NCBI RefSeq assembly: GCF_009914755.1
Contig: NC_060937.1
From: the human T2T-CHM13v2.0 reference genome, Homo sapiens
Direction: 5' to 3' (one strand)
DNA: 64,000 bases
The position numbers and the translations under genes were made by a program. Below are positions 1 to 14,619 of this stretch, piece by piece. The notes below the pieces were generated by a model. That model searched no databases and was not told the DNA's origin. It saw nothing but the letters and a program-made list of their open reading frames with translations. The number at the start of each line of letters is the position of its first letter. The stretch's first letter is position 1.

Positions 1-321
1 ATGAAGTCCCAGAATATTCTTAACAAGTATCTTATATGACAGGCAAGTATGAGAAACACTATGTTAGTGGTACTTTTGGTCATTAACACCAAATAATAAA
101 AGGCAATTCATTAGATATTTATGAAAGGATGTCTAAAAAACACAACTGTAATCTTACGGATAAAAAGCCAGTTGGTTCTGGGATCAAATTTTAAGTCATC
201 ATTGTTTTTCAGAAAGAAAAACAGAAGCAAGAGTTAAGAGAATAAGGAATGTCAACCTCACCTTGCAATTTCCTGGAATTTTCCTCCCCCGCTTTCCCCT
301 TTAGTATGTAAGTATTTCCTC

Positions 322-361
<40 letters not shown>
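322..361. repeat. (GC)n(AC)n compound microsatellite, Z-DNA prone
   Basis: tgcgcgcgcgcacacac...; 40 bp of alternating purine/pyrimidine. Confidence 0.95.
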
Positions 362-362
<1 letters not shown>

Positions 363-984
363 CCAACTTCACAATGGAGTTTTGAAAAGATTACTGCTCC
401 ATATGCCAACAGGCAAGTCAGGGACTCAGTGGAAAGGACACTATTCCAGAGCACAGCCTTCTCCCAGCCAGATCACACCAGCTTCAGCTGTTCCAGCTCT
501 GCAGAGAAAGGGTAATCACTTCTTATCAAACATTGATAACACCTAAAATTCCTTTACAGTTCTGACTTCAGGGTGGAAGTGCAATTCGTATTTGCCCTGA
601 AGACATGAAAAGTGGAATGCGCTTTCATGAGATGAAAGCTTCTGCGGAAATAATTGATTCAGGTGAGCCCTACTCAGGTTAATCTCAAAAGAAAGAAGCA
701 AGAAACCTCATCCAGGAAAGTGGACCCAGCAGCTGCCCATTTTCAAGGGTTGTATACAAAAGCTAAACGACAAGATGTCCAGATGGATGAAAAACCCTAT
801 CCTAGCTAGTCTGTGCCAGCAAGACTTAAAAAACAAACGGTGTCTTTTGGGTCTGTTTGATTTAGTACGTAAGTTTAACTAGTTCCATGTTTGAGACCAA
901 TCCAGAGAGGGGCTACTTAAAAACTGGCTCAGCCCAAATCATTGTGTGTTCAAGTGACTGACCTGTGAACTCCCTCCTCATTTC

Positions 985-1012
985 CCATATATGGCCAATT
1001 CTCCATATATGG
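985..1012. promoter_or_regulatory. Two perfect CArG boxes (SRF sites)
   Basis: CCATATATGG at 985-994 and 1003-1012 matches CC(A/T)6GG; function untested. Confidence 0.55.
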
Positions 1013-1530
1013 ATTCATCTACCTGTTTCCCCTAACTTCAAGGCTGCTGCCATGACACAAAGGTCTTGAAAGAATGTGGGAAAGCCCTCAGGCTAAAACT
1101 CTGGATCACAATCCATAAAATAGTGAAACCAATTGAGAGGATTGTGGCTAGCATTTCTGTAAATAATAACAAAACAGTCTTACATAAATGGCTAAGCACA
1201 GTACTATTTTGTAAAACTCTTCTATCATTGTGTGCATATGTGCACTGAGTCATACTGTAAAATGGATTTCTCACTATGCATCAAGATGGGAAGAAACTGA
1301 GAAAGCCACAGAAACAGAAGGAAACATACTACTTCCTACAGGATATGCTTTCTCTCTCTAAGAAGGGCTTAATAACAAAAGCCCAATAAAATGGTGGCAC
1401 AGTCCCATCCCCGGGTTTCCAGGGAGACCCCAATCCCATCAAGAACACCTACTCCTCACAGGCAACAGAGGCACCCCCTTGTGAAGCTGTTCAGCAGCCT
1501 GCACAGAAGATATGACTCTTGCAGTCTGGA

Positions 1531-1596
1531 ATAAAAGGCACCAAATGGGAAATAGTGTGTAGGGATAAAAGGTACCAAATGGGAAATAGTGTGTAG
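1531..1596 (+). repeat. 34-bp tandem duplication
   Basis: ataaaagg(c/t)accaaatgggaaatagtgtgtag at 1531 and 1565. Confidence 0.9.
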
Positions 1597-3810
1597 TATC
1601 AGTTTTGACAATTTTTGTAACCAAGTAACTTTTGAGCAAGTTACTCATTTCTCATTTGCTTATCAACAGAATGATCATGGAATGCTAAACCTCTACAGGG
1701 TGCAATCTTAAGGAAATGTTACTACTTAAACCTTTTACCTGCACAAGACTGCCCCTCTGTCTTTCCTCTCTGATGGGTACGGAAGTTACTGACATGCAAA
1801 GTCAGCACAAGGGAACCGTGGCTCAGGCAAACGAGGAAAAATGAATTTAGATTATGTTTACAGCCAAGGAAAGGAGACACGTTGAACAATCCTCTACTGG
1901 AAACATTGCTAAAGTGTTTTTAAACTGAAGATTATACCACCACTTAAGATATTTTTTGTCTGCTATTTTACCCAGCATATTACAAAACTGCATCTAGGAC
2001 TGAAATAGCAGATTGCCTCAAGAGCAAATGACAATATTTGTACCAGAAATGTTGGCAACCAGCAGCACAGATGGGTTTCTGCACAGCAATCTTCAAACTG
2101 GGACTCCAAGAATAACTCCACCTACTGCACCAATGTTAAATTGCTGAATCCAAAGTCAGAAGGGCTCATTATTCCATATTTTTCCACCACCTTCTTCCCA
2201 AAGGCACGTGTACCTGCCTGACCTCCTCTGCCTGAGAAGGGCTCAGAACAAAGTAAAAAAAAAAAAAAAAAAAGTGGGAGTGGGCAGGGCGGAGCAGGAG
2301 ACCACAATAAGAAGCAAATACGAACAGATAGTGAAAGATTGATTATCCGTGAAAGGAAGGAAAACAAAAATGACTGGAAAGTCCAGATAAGCCAAACAGC
2401 TATTTACATGACTAGTTTTAAACTTCCCCTTCAAATACAAATAAGAAAAAATAAAGATTTATCTTAATTTCATCTCCTCTCCAAGGCTGGGTACCCTTGC
2501 TTGAGGAGTCAAATAAAAACTTATTTTTGCTAAAAGACTCAAGGACAGAGAGAGAAGCTGCCATTAACCATGTTGATTACTAGGATGGCCCCAAAGACAG
2601 TCCATCTATACCTAAAGCACGGCTCAAGTGCTTGGAGAAAATCTTTGTTGCTTCTTCCACATCTGCTCTTCCTGCCTGCCAACTGAGATGCACTGTTCTC
2701 CCTCCATTCCTCTGCATTTCTACCGAATGGTCTGGAAAGCCAAATGAAACGGAAGTCTTCACTTAATGAGACATTAATTATGAAGTCCATCCAACTAAAG
2801 TGCTGTCTTCAGTGTTCACAGTAGCCTCTCCCCACCTTTTAAAAGGGCCAGAGGGTTGATGGTGGTAATGGGTCTCTGCCTCTGTGCCACCCTAGGTTGA
2901 CTTCCAGGGGTAAACTTTAAGGCCTTTCATGTGAAAGAGAGTCAATGCACTAACATTTTCGGGCTAGAACGGCACTTTTCAAATTGCATAACACAGAGTA
3001 CAGAGCACTACTGCATTATGCTCCATATCCTCACATCTGCTATGGTGCGGGAGGAAGCCCAGGATAGAAAGGATTCAATTCAATTAACAGAACCTTGGGA
3101 GTTCAGGCAAGCAGAATCCTACATTTAAATAAATGCCCATTTAACCCTAAAGAAACTGAGTAGAGGAGGATTAGGGAGTGCTCATCTTCCACCTTTCCTC
3201 TCCAACAATCAAGGTGTTCCTTGCTCAGGCTCTACTTACAATTCCCTGAACTGCACAGTCAGGAAGTTTGAGTGTATCTGCACAAGACTTCTCTAGCTTC
3301 ATTACCAAACCTTGAGTCACCTGAATCCGAACAGGCCAACTGATGTTTTAAGTGGAACAAAATTCCCTGCCTACCTTTTCTTTTTCCATTTATTGGGCTA
3401 AAAAGGTAGTGAAAATGTGGGCGGTTAAACCCTCCATAACCATCACTAACAGAAGCAAACAAATGTTCACAGAATCCCAAAGTCCAGGAACAAATTATAT
3501 TTAAGTTTTCACCCTTAAACTGAGTTTAAGATTTTGGGGGGGACATTTACTCCAAGCCAAAAAGTTATCCTAAGAAGACCCCTCACTTACAGGGGCTGGG
3601 AAGCACTATGATTATTTTCCTGTTATCCATCTAATCTCAACCCACCCCGGCAGAGGCCCCAGCCTAATGAACAACCCTCAACCAAATCTTCCTGAAAGAA
3701 TTCAGAATGAGCAACTATGGAGGTCTCCTTGGTAGAATAAAGGGCCTGTCCCTCATAAAGACAACATAAAAAGAGTCAAGGACACAAGTGATTTAAAAGT
3801 GTCACTGATT

Positions 3811-4119
3811 GACCAGGAGTGATGACTCACTCCTGTAATCCCAGCACTTTGGGAGGCCGAGGTGGGCAGATTGCTGGAAGTCAGGAGTTCAAGACCAGCC
3901 TGGCCAACATGGTAAAACCCCATCTCTATTAAAAATGCAAAAATTAGCCAGGCATAGTGGTGCATGCCTGTAATCCCGGCTACTTTGGAGGCTGAGGCAC
4001 AAGAATCACTTGAATCCAGCAGGCAGAGGTTGCAGTGAGCCTGAGATCGAACGACTGCATTCCAGCCTGGGCGACAGAGCGAGACTCTGTCTAAAAAAAA
4101 ATAAATAAGTAAATAAATG
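3811..4119 (+). mobile_element. Alu (AluS-like)
   Basis: Dimeric Alu with A tail; TSD aaagtgtcactgat at 3796 and 4120. Confidence 0.95.
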
Positions 4120-6701
4120 AAAGTGTCACTGATGCCAACTGTCCATAAGACAGTCAAGGCAGACCATCAAGAAATGGCTGCAAGAATATTCTACATTCAA
4201 AGACATCTCAAAAGTAACTATCTATTCACATAAACAGTTTAATACAACTCAATCCAATTCTTGCCAATTCTAAACAAGAAAAGACTGGCATAAAATATAA
4301 ATCTTCTCCCCAATCAAGGCCAACAATGAAATTAAAGAAAAAAAACTCTCACATGAGTACAGTCTGTATTATTTATAGAAACAACTTTCATATCCATTTC
4401 AAGTTACTTAAATTCAAAACTTGCTAATAATAGAAACAGTATGTAAGTGTCACTAAAACCGGAAACTGCTGCAAAATAACAGAATATTTCAGAGTCAAAT
4501 TCAAGGATCTGTGTTGTAAAATATTTCGTCTTTGTTACTCTATCAGCATTTAATTTATAAAAAGTGAACATGTTCTACTTTGGTTAATTAACCACTAACA
4601 TAAGTCAAATAATGAATGCTGCTGCCTCCTAAATTAATCAGAATAGATTAACAGAATCCTTTGAGCTTATTGTTTCAGAACAAATTTCAAAGCCACCACA
4701 GTAACTTTCTGGAAGTTAAGAAAGAGGAAATGTGCTTCTCATGTCAACAGCAGAGCAGTTTTCAGGAGTCCCATTGTTTCAGTGCAGGGAGCTCAGCTGT
4801 CCTGGACTGTCCTGAGTCAAGACAGGAAGAGCTGTCAGACTTCTGGGGCTGATCACTCAAGCATGACTGGACAAGACCAGAAGCAGCAGATGTTTAAAGG
4901 GTGATGGGAAACAACTATGCAAAGAAGGAAACACTAGTAACTTGAAGAGTTACCAAAGCCTCACTCTGTTGACATAATTTGCAATCAATAAATACGTTTT
5001 AATAAAAGTCTGCAAGTTTGTACGATGGGAGCCTCTCTCTCCCTGCTGCTGTGGCCCCTACCCAACTCCTCCCAATAACAGCAGTACTATTTTACAACCC
5101 CTAGAGCAGGTCTTAAAATGTAAGAGAGATTTTAAAACCATCATTTCTGTCCAAGAATGACTATTCTGGCATAGTGACGCAAAGAAAAGCCATTCAGATA
5201 AACAAGAAACCTATTCTCCAAGAACAAGGAATTGGATTAGACTAGTAATATCTAATAACATCTAAGCCCAATGATGCAAACAAAACAACACAACAGGAAT
5301 GTGTACTATACTATGGGCCAAATGCCGCAAACAGAAACCTTCTCCTTGCTAAGACTCTTCGGTCTCTTCTTACATAAAGACTCCAGGCAATTACTGTCCC
5401 CAAAATAGCTTTCTTTCCAAAATGACCATTAACCAAATGCCCCTCTTGCGGAGTTACAGAAGAGGATAGATGTCAAGTGTTCCATCAAGTGGAACAAGAA
5501 CTAAAATATGGAACCTTGAAACCACAACTGCTGATATACCAAGGATGAATCCCAATAAACCAGAAAACTCACTCAAAAGTTTAGTTTTCCATCTCCACAG
5601 CATGGGTTATCCCAGCAGTCTCAAAGGCTCACACCTGTTTCACTGGCTCAGCTTTGCCGTCAACGGGAGATGTGGAGATATGCTGCAATATCGTTCCAGT
5701 TTCAATAACATACCACGCTGGACTAATGCCTTCTGTGTGGCTTTTTTTTTCTTTTTTAAGAATATCAAAATGCTAGGGGCTTGAGAGAGATTTAAACATT
5801 TCACCTGGTACAAGTAGCATTAGGACTTTCAAAAATACCAAATTGTTCACATCACAATGTTTCACTTAACGCTACACTTTACGAGCTGGCCATCAAAATC
5901 CTCTTCTACTTCATACCTACTCTCCTCATTTATCACTTTCTGGTTTCTAAGGTACTAAAGTATTGAAAAAGAAAAACACAATGCTCAGGTTCTGGAAGGC
6001 CTCTCGGAGGATGGGGCCTGGGGACAGATGGAGGACCCCTTTATACCAAAGGCAAGAGGACTAGCAGTCCCAAGTGGAGAGGGAGGACTGCTTCAGAGTT
6101 CAACAGAGGTCCATCGTTTCTGATCTGCAAATCAGCTCAGAAATAAAAGAGACTCTTCCTGCCAAAAAAAATACAAAGCAAGAAGGGGAGCAATGAGAAA
6201 TCCAACAGGGTCAAACACCTTGAAAGGGGGCAAGCTGTAGCTTGCTGCTACTGCTAGGAGGGCAGCAGTGTTGAGTTTCCTAGCCGGGTGGCTCCCACGT
6301 TCTGGACACGGCACCATGAGGAGGTCTAGGCAGAAAGTAGCTCATAGGGAAGAGGCAAGGCTCACAAAGAGAAGGATCATCAGCAGTGCACTTCAGTCAA
6401 AGTTGGTGCAATTGAATTTTGAGCAGCTGAAGGTCCAGAGACCTCCAGGAATGGAGAAGTACAAAGCAGCCAGAGGCCCAGAACAGGAAACCTGGTGCCA
6501 TACTTACTGGGCAGGCCAGCCAGGTAGGGCGCCCAAGAGGGATGATGGAAAGGACAGACAGCAGAGTGGAGACTAGCAGATGATACATTCTGGGTGGCTA
6601 TAAATAAGAACGCTTTAGACCATAAAGGCCAATTGTTTTATAATTTTACTAGTCTTGTTACTTTCATAAAACTATAGCAAAAACTACTAAAAATATATAT
6701 A

Positions 6702-6994
6702 TTTTTTGAGACAGAGTCTCACTCTATCGCCCAGGCTAGAGTGAGGTGGCTCGATCTTGGCTCACTGCAACCTCCACCTCCCAGGTCCAAGCAATTCTCA
6801 TACCTCAGCCTCCTGAGTAGCTGAGATATTTTTACAGCTGTGTGCCACCACGCCAGGCTAATTTTTGCATTCTTAGTAGAGACAGGGTCTCATGATGTTG
6901 GTCAGGCTGGTCTCGAGTTCCGGGCCTCAAGTGATCCACCCGCCTTGACCTCCCAAAGTGCTGAGATTACAGACGTGAGCCACCGCACTCAGCC
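6702..6994 (-). mobile_element. Alu
   Basis: Reverse-complement Alu consensus. Confidence 0.95.
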
Positions 6995-7958
6995 CTATTA
7001 GAAATTTTTTGTTTCTACAGCTCCATAAGTAAATTAGAGCTCTGCCAGTAGATTAAATGAAATAAATCACTACACTTGAATTCTCACAAACTGTGACATC
7101 TGTATCCTCACCCATCAACACAACCTGTATATTACCTATGCATTACTCTTCCAAACTGGGTAAACCAGAATGTGCAATCCCCATCTTATTCAATCTTCAT
7201 GCTACTCTGATCTCCAATCTCCAGCACTCCGCTTACTAAATTCCAGACAAACTAATTGAGGACCTGTATCCTGATCATGATTTAAAAAAAACAACTTCAT
7301 CAAAACTCAGGACAGAGAAAGTTGCTCTCAGCTCACTGTACAATTTGTTTTGTGAACTAGACCTGCAATATCTTTGAAGGAGTTACCTTAAATTATTAAA
7401 AGCAAAAGACCCATCTATATCTCAAAGTTCCAGAACAAAGCTTTTCACTTTCTGAATAGCAGCGAAGCAGAAAAGACAACTTAAACCAGAAGGGTGCCCT
7501 GATTACTACATTCCTCCCAAACATGTTCTGAATATCTCCAATTCTCCTCTCCTGCCTCTTGGAGGAACACAACCAGAACTACAGCATCAGGTTAACCTTG
7601 TCTTGAATGTAAGCTCCTGAAGATCTAAATATTTTGTCTCACACTTTGTCTTTCTGCAATACTTAGCACAGTCAGGAAACCAGACTTTTAATAACTAAAA
7701 CAGAATTTAAATTACTCCCTCACTTTTTCCAGTTTCAATAATCCCAATCCCTATTTTCCAATCCTTTACACTTTATTGCTTCACAGTGATGGCAGGCCCC
7801 TATTGTCTTCCCAAGAAATGGTAAAGGCGTGTACAGGAGGCATTTCTGGGTCTCACATGATCAAACATAATTAAAGGTATATGGTTTCTAGTACCAAACC
7901 AATAAGCAATCACTTCACAGCCTATATAAGATAATAATTATGTTTATAACACCATTAA

Positions 7959-8334
<376 letters not shown>

Positions 8335-9686
8335 TAGACTATTTAAAATCTAAGACTCAAAGGGGAGAAGTATTGAACCTCACATCATCCTGCCACTGGA
8401 AAACAGTTCACTTCCAGGGTTTCAAGCACCAATTTACAATCATTCCAGGATGTCACTGTCTTCTTCCTAGGTAATCTAAAACTGCAGCAAAGAAAAGTTC
8501 TTACCACTGTAGACTGTGCTTTAAAAATATTTCAAGTTCACACTTCAACTATGGTAAAATGTAAGTAATACATATTACTTACTTAATACCTATTACTTAC
8601 TAAACATACCAACCTATGGCTTAGTTCTATTTATACCAAAGGTAAAGGGAAAAAAAATAGTTTTATTGTTTGCTATTTTTTCAAATGGGAGTTAATTACG
8701 TAAAGAATCCTCTGGCTTGCAGTAAATCTACCCCAATATAATGTAACAAAAAAATCAGGACTTTGGATCCTTCTCTGACATCCTTCTGTGCTCCTTAAAT
8801 AGATATTTCATTGGCTTTCAAGTGCTCAACTTTTGGCTCTGAGATAATTTGCATTTAGTTAAGACATTTTAAGCCACCCTGTCACCATTATAGAGAACTG
8901 CCTAATGAGGTCCCCTTAGACGAGGTCTGATTTGACAACCACCCACAATTTTAAGACTAAATTTAATACTAAAATGATCCAAGGTTTTCTAATTTCTCTG
9001 AATTTGAAAGGATTTGGTGAATGCCATTCCCTAAAGATGGGGCAGTGGGGAGGTCATATTTCATTAAGGAATATCTTCAGTTTGAAACACTTCCAAGTCA
9101 ACTATATAATTATCAAGTGAACAGAAAATCAGATAAACTCACAATTTCACCTCTGACTCCTTGAACACAGCATCTCCCTCCTTGAAAAGTTAATGGATAG
9201 TGAACAAAAAGACCCACCTGATCACTTCTATGCTCTTCTGGAGTTTAAGGGGGCCAATGGGGGCAGCGGGAGCCAAGCAAAAGTCAGCCAGGATGGAGGA
9301 AGAACTGAAGAGCAGGAAGGAGTCGCAGGTGCTCAAGAGCTGGCCAGAGAATGCAAAGCGCTGGAATCTAACCCCTTCATTTCAGGGTTAAGGAAACTGA
9401 GGCCCAGGGAGACAAAGTTATTTGCCCAGTCACAAGGCCAGGAAGTGATGGGAAACAGGCCCAGGTTACCTAAATCTAGTTACTGAAAGAGCAGAATGCA
9501 TGGACATTAATTAACAAAAACAAACGTTCAACCTGCCACAGTGGGGAGCACCTTTCTGTGCGTTCACCTCACACTTTTCTCCAATAAAGAGCACAAGATG
9601 AAGGCAGGGGAGAAGGCGTCAGGGAGCGAGGGTTCTGGATAATACACACGGGCTTCTCTCCTCCATGCCATCTACAGGAGATTCTG

Positions 9687-9978
<292 letters not shown>

Positions 9979-10315
9979 TAGACTTTATATATGCTTATTT
10001 GGTTTTGATTTTTATACTTTTATGAGAACTAAGATGGAATCTATCCCTCCTTTTCCCTCACAAAAGGAACATCCTAATAGCTTCACATTGCAAATGAAAT
10101 ACAACGTAAACAGAAAAAACTGAGATGGAGCGATTAGGAGGTTTAATAAGTCAGACTTTGCTAGAAATGCAAAACAGCCCTGATGCTAAACAGGTACACT
10201 TGGACTTTTGTTCTCTAAAGCCTAGCTTTAAAAGAGCTTGACACACTTTGTAAAGAATAAAGCCTCCATTCTATAAGCCTAACCAGTAAGTTGGAGGGGG
10301 ACTGAGTACCATAAA

Positions 10316-10460
10316 AATCAGTGCTTCTCATACTTGAACATACAAGGGATCATCAGGGATCTATCTATCCTGTCAAAACGCAGATCCTCGTTCAGTATTG
10401 TCTGGGGGTGGGCCTGAGATTTCCTGGTGATACTGATGTCAATGGTCCATGCTACAATTT
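10316..10460. mobile_element. MER5-like hAT-Charlie DNA transposon fossil
   Basis: cagtgcttctca...gtctgggggtgggcctgagattt...ggtgatactgatg...ggtcc resembles MER5. Confidence 0.65.
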
Positions 10461-10465
10461 TATCT

Positions 10466-10787
10466 AAACTGACACATGATAATTAAACATAATTATGGAG
10501 TACTGAGTAACACTATGATACATGTATACAGTGTATAATGATCAAATCAGGGTAAAACGGGGCAGGGGTGGTAATATTTCATAAAGGGGCATATTCTGTT
10601 AGAAGGGCCACTAAGACAACTATAAAATTATCAAGTGAACAGTAACAGAAATTCAAATAAATTCACAATTTCCTCTGATTCCTTGAACACAGAATCTCCA
10701 TCCTTGAACGGTTAACAAAATGACCCACCCTGATCACTTCTATGCTCTTCTGAGCATATCACCTCAAACATTTGTCATTTCTCTGTG
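10466..10787 (-). mobile_element. L1M(A)-type 3' fragment split by a ~200-bp local insertion
   Basis: ataatgatcaaatcagggtaa|...|agcatatcacctcaaacatttgtcatttc is contiguous in the L1MA 3' consensus as I recall it. Confidence 0.7.
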
Positions 10788-11459
10788 GGCCATAAAATAC
10801 AGGAGGTATTTTATGACCACATTTCAAAGTATGTTTATTTCACAATTTGGACTGCTGGCTACAAACAGTGACATGTGAGTCTCTTTCCCTCTGGTTAGTC
10901 GTAGGCCCTGTAGAAATGTCAGCTAATTTTTTTTTTTTTTTTTTTTTGCGGGAAGGAGGTAGGAGTCAAGTCCAATAAATAAGTGTAAAAACATTCAGTA
11001 CATGGCATGGTTATTTAATACAACAGAATTTGCTCTGAGTTGGAAGGACAGGGGTTTCAGCCTATGTGTTTATGATACAACAAAGGGACTTTTAGGCTGA
11101 TAAAGTTATGGAACATGAGACTTCAGTCTTCTTATTAAATGGCCAAATGGACCAAGTGTTTGCATGAAAGCTAATCTTTCCTTTCATGAAAAGGAAATTA
11201 AACCCACTTGCTCCCGAATGGGATGATTTTCAGGAGTCCTGAGCCATGTTCTGGCAGAAAGCTGGGGTCTGTGACCATAAAGCAGGACTGCTGTCATCCA
11301 GGCAGATAATTATTATCAGGAACGCCTAACATTGCTTCTTTCTGCAGTTTCATGTGCCTTGGTGAAGATGTAAGCTTTCTGAAGACTACCTTGCATACAG
11401 CCTTTGTGGGCTACTCCATATATGAGAAATGAAATTTTAAAACTAGCTTTAGGAAGAGA

Positions 11460-11625
11460 TGTAGCTTTGGAGATCCTGACTCAAATCCCTGCCAGTTATT
11501 AGTTACATGATCTTGGGCAAATTACTTAAGCTTTCTGTTTCTCAACTATAAAAGGAGGACAACAGATACCTAGTGAGGTTCCAGTGAGATCCTGTACTTG
11601 TGCCCAGCCAGTGAGCATCTAGGGT
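11460..11625. mobile_element. MIR
   Basis: tcaaatccctgcc...tgatcttgggcaaattacttaagctttctgtttctcaactataaaa core. Confidence 0.75.
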
Positions 11626-13685
11626 TAGGATTATCACTGTCACCATCAGGGCCATCCTTCTGCAACTGTCTTACTGTACTAAATATACACGTCACTAAGC
11701 ACGCTCTGTTCTCAATGAAAACGGAAGTTCCATGCCAGCAACATCTAATTTTCAAACATCACTGATAACTCTTGATTTCTGCATACACATCTAAGCACTG
11801 TAGTATACTGAAAAGAAAGACCGTAAATCATATGCACAACCATTCTCTCCACTGTCCCCAGTGCCATCTCATCACTGATCCTCCCCCGCCTTCCTACCAC
11901 CTCCTCTCATCCTCATTCTGTCAAAAGACAGCAAGGTACCCTACCCCAAAGGGGAGGAAGACAGCGCCTAAATCCTCATTCCACCTCCCTACATCAAGAA
12001 GAATGTGTCCTTCATGAGCCAGCAGCAACTTATCTCCCCAAGCATGGTCTAATAAGAATGGACTGCTCTTTTGCTGTCAGTTTAGTATTGATCACACGGG
12101 GGAGCCTATTTACTAAAAGCAAAAAACTACAAAACCGCTGTTTACAGACAGTTACACGTGATTAATGCTTTAATATCTAGTCTTTCCTTATACATTCTCA
12201 ATCAATCACCACCATAACCCCAGAATGTATTAGGACTATTATAATTATTATTACCACAGATAAAGACAAAGGCTATTGGAGTTTGTTGCCAGAGATGAGT
12301 TCCTGGTCACCCAGCCTTGGAGCCTGTTCTCTTATTTTCTAAGGCAGACATCTTCCCAATAAGAGGGTAGTGGGAACACAAAAACATCTTTATTATCAGA
12401 ATCACCTATGTAATTCAACTACACACATTTCTGACAGAGCCCAAGGCCCTTTTTTATCAGTCCGAGCTGCATCCCTAACTGTGATCAGGACCTGTAAAGG
12501 ACAGCCCACCACCTGGAGGCCCTTAGTCATGGCTTCAACAAGGTCCTGTGCCAAAATGGTAAATGGCAATGCTGAGTCAAGGTTGGAGCCTAAACCCTAC
12601 ATCTTCCCCCGGTGAAGGGTCCTGCCCTAGAAAGAACTTTCCCCTAAGTCTCTTCTGCCAATTCAGGGCAGAAAGTAATGGTCAGCCTTGGAACGCTGCT
12701 GACTCGCACCCTGGGAGCTTCTAAGGGGCCCTGTTCACCAGGGTGAAGGCGCCTCTCTCTCACTGCCCACACACCCTTCTCCAGCTCAAAGGGCCTTTTC
12801 AAAGGGATTAGAGGTGTGCTTCAAAATCTTCATTAAGTAATTTAATAATGTGTGTGTCCAGTACTTCAGTCCCCAAACAGAAAGGAATGTGCCCAGGAGC
12901 CGGCAGGCAGAGCCACATTCTTCCTGTTAACCTGTTATGGTGGCGGGCGGTGCTCGGGCCAAGTCCTCAGAGGCTTTCCCAGCCTCAGAGAATCGGGCTC
13001 TCGTTTTCAATTTCCAACTTGGACTTTTCTCAGTTTCAAATCATAGGCTAACAGAGGTTGAAGACTGACAGGGAATAAAATCCTCTACCAAGTCAAGACT
13101 GTGATAGGCAAAACGGAACAAGCGAATGAAAGAGGCCCCAGTTCAGAGGAGGGAAATGGAAATCTACTCATGGTTAAGTGAGCAGACAGAACACCGGCGA
13201 AACTGGCTCTTCAGGTGGAATATGGCACAGGGTAGCAACTTTGTCAAGTATGATGCATTAAATACAGTAACAAATGGGCAGGATGGTAGTTTTTAGTTCA
13301 GTTTTTGGGGCTTTTCTGTTGATGTTGTTACTGTTTCTTTAAAGAAGGGGCATTCACACAAATAAATTTCTTTCCCTAAAATTCTGATTGAATTCATGAC
13401 CATTTCTGATATATTATTTGCAAGAGGGAACAAAAACAAACGAATGAACAAAAACAAACTAATGAAATCAACCAGTCTTTTCCACTAGCACAAAAAAAAA
13501 ATCACACAACATCAAAACTTTAAAACACAAGTTGATACTTTCTTGAATAGATTCTTTCAGGAATATTTACATATATGTGGTTCACAAGGTCACTACCCAC
13601 CCAAATTTGTGGGGTGGTTTTTATGAGCTAAGTTCTTGTTTTGCCCTTCCTAATGTCCCATCTCTGAACCTGAATACACCCCCAG

Positions 13686-13835
13686 CTCTGCTCTACTCCC
13701 AGTGTGGTTCTGAGGCCAGCAGCACTGGCATCACTAGGAGCTGGTTACAAATGCAGGACCTTGGGCTTCAGCCCAGACCTACTAAATCAGAACTGACAAG
13801 ATCCCCAGGTGATTAATATATACACTGAAGTTTGC
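13686..13835. mobile_element. MER5A-like DNA transposon
   Basis: agtgtggttctgaggccagcagcactggcatcac...cccagacctactaaatcagaa...aagatccccaggtgatt. Confidence 0.8.
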
Positions 13836-14619
13836 CATCTCGCAAAATGGTTTATTATTTCATTTTCACAGCTCAATTAAGAAAGTCTTCCTTAGTCATA
13901 TGTCTTCCTACTAAGTACCATTTATGGATGCTTCTCTGGTAACTAGATGACTTGGGAAAATAAATCTTGTTTGTTGTATGAAACACTTTTAAGATAAAGT
14001 TCTTTTTGATATGTACAATGTTTTGGGGGAAGGGAGAATTGCTTATTCCATTAAGAGCTTTCTACAACACACCCTACTGCCATTATTTCTATTGATCAAA
14101 AATTTACACTATAAACAAGAAAAAAAAAAAACAAGTATATCCACATTAAACCAAAGATACCAACTGAACAAAACATGGCAATAAAAGTCAAGTGAAAAAC
14201 ACGCTGAAAAAAAAAAAAAAGCTTCCAAGGTCTGTTTGCAGAGTTAGTCTTGTCAGGGAAGAATTTATCTACTATACAATTCAGAATGAGAGCGACTGCT
14301 TCTGTCTAAAAGAGATGGGATTTCCCCCACATGCCAGGCCTTGCCCTCAGCATTTTATATACTACACTATATAATTTAAGCCTCACCACAGCCTTACACG
14401 ATTGGCACTGTTTTACTGAGGTCTAATTTACACACAGCCAAAGGCTCAAATGGGCTGTGTACAGCTGGACGAAGTTTTGTACGTGGACCCTGTGAAACCA
14501 CCACTCACAGGTACTGTCACTTACTAGCACTTATGTTCGTTTTGTTTATTGAAATTTATACAAATGGAATCGTGTGGCATGTGTCTTTGTGAGCCTGGCT
14601 TTTTTCATTGAGTGGTTCT

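Noticed and set aside
621-639. Small perfect hairpin gctttcat-gag-atgaaagc
   Set aside because: An 8-bp stem is expected by chance in 64 kb.
5628-5735. Open minus frame (GISPAWYVIETGTILQHISTSPVDGKAEPVKQ) ending at a donor-like site
   Set aside because: The upstream sequence on - is A-rich with no polypyrimidine acceptor, and I recognise no homology.
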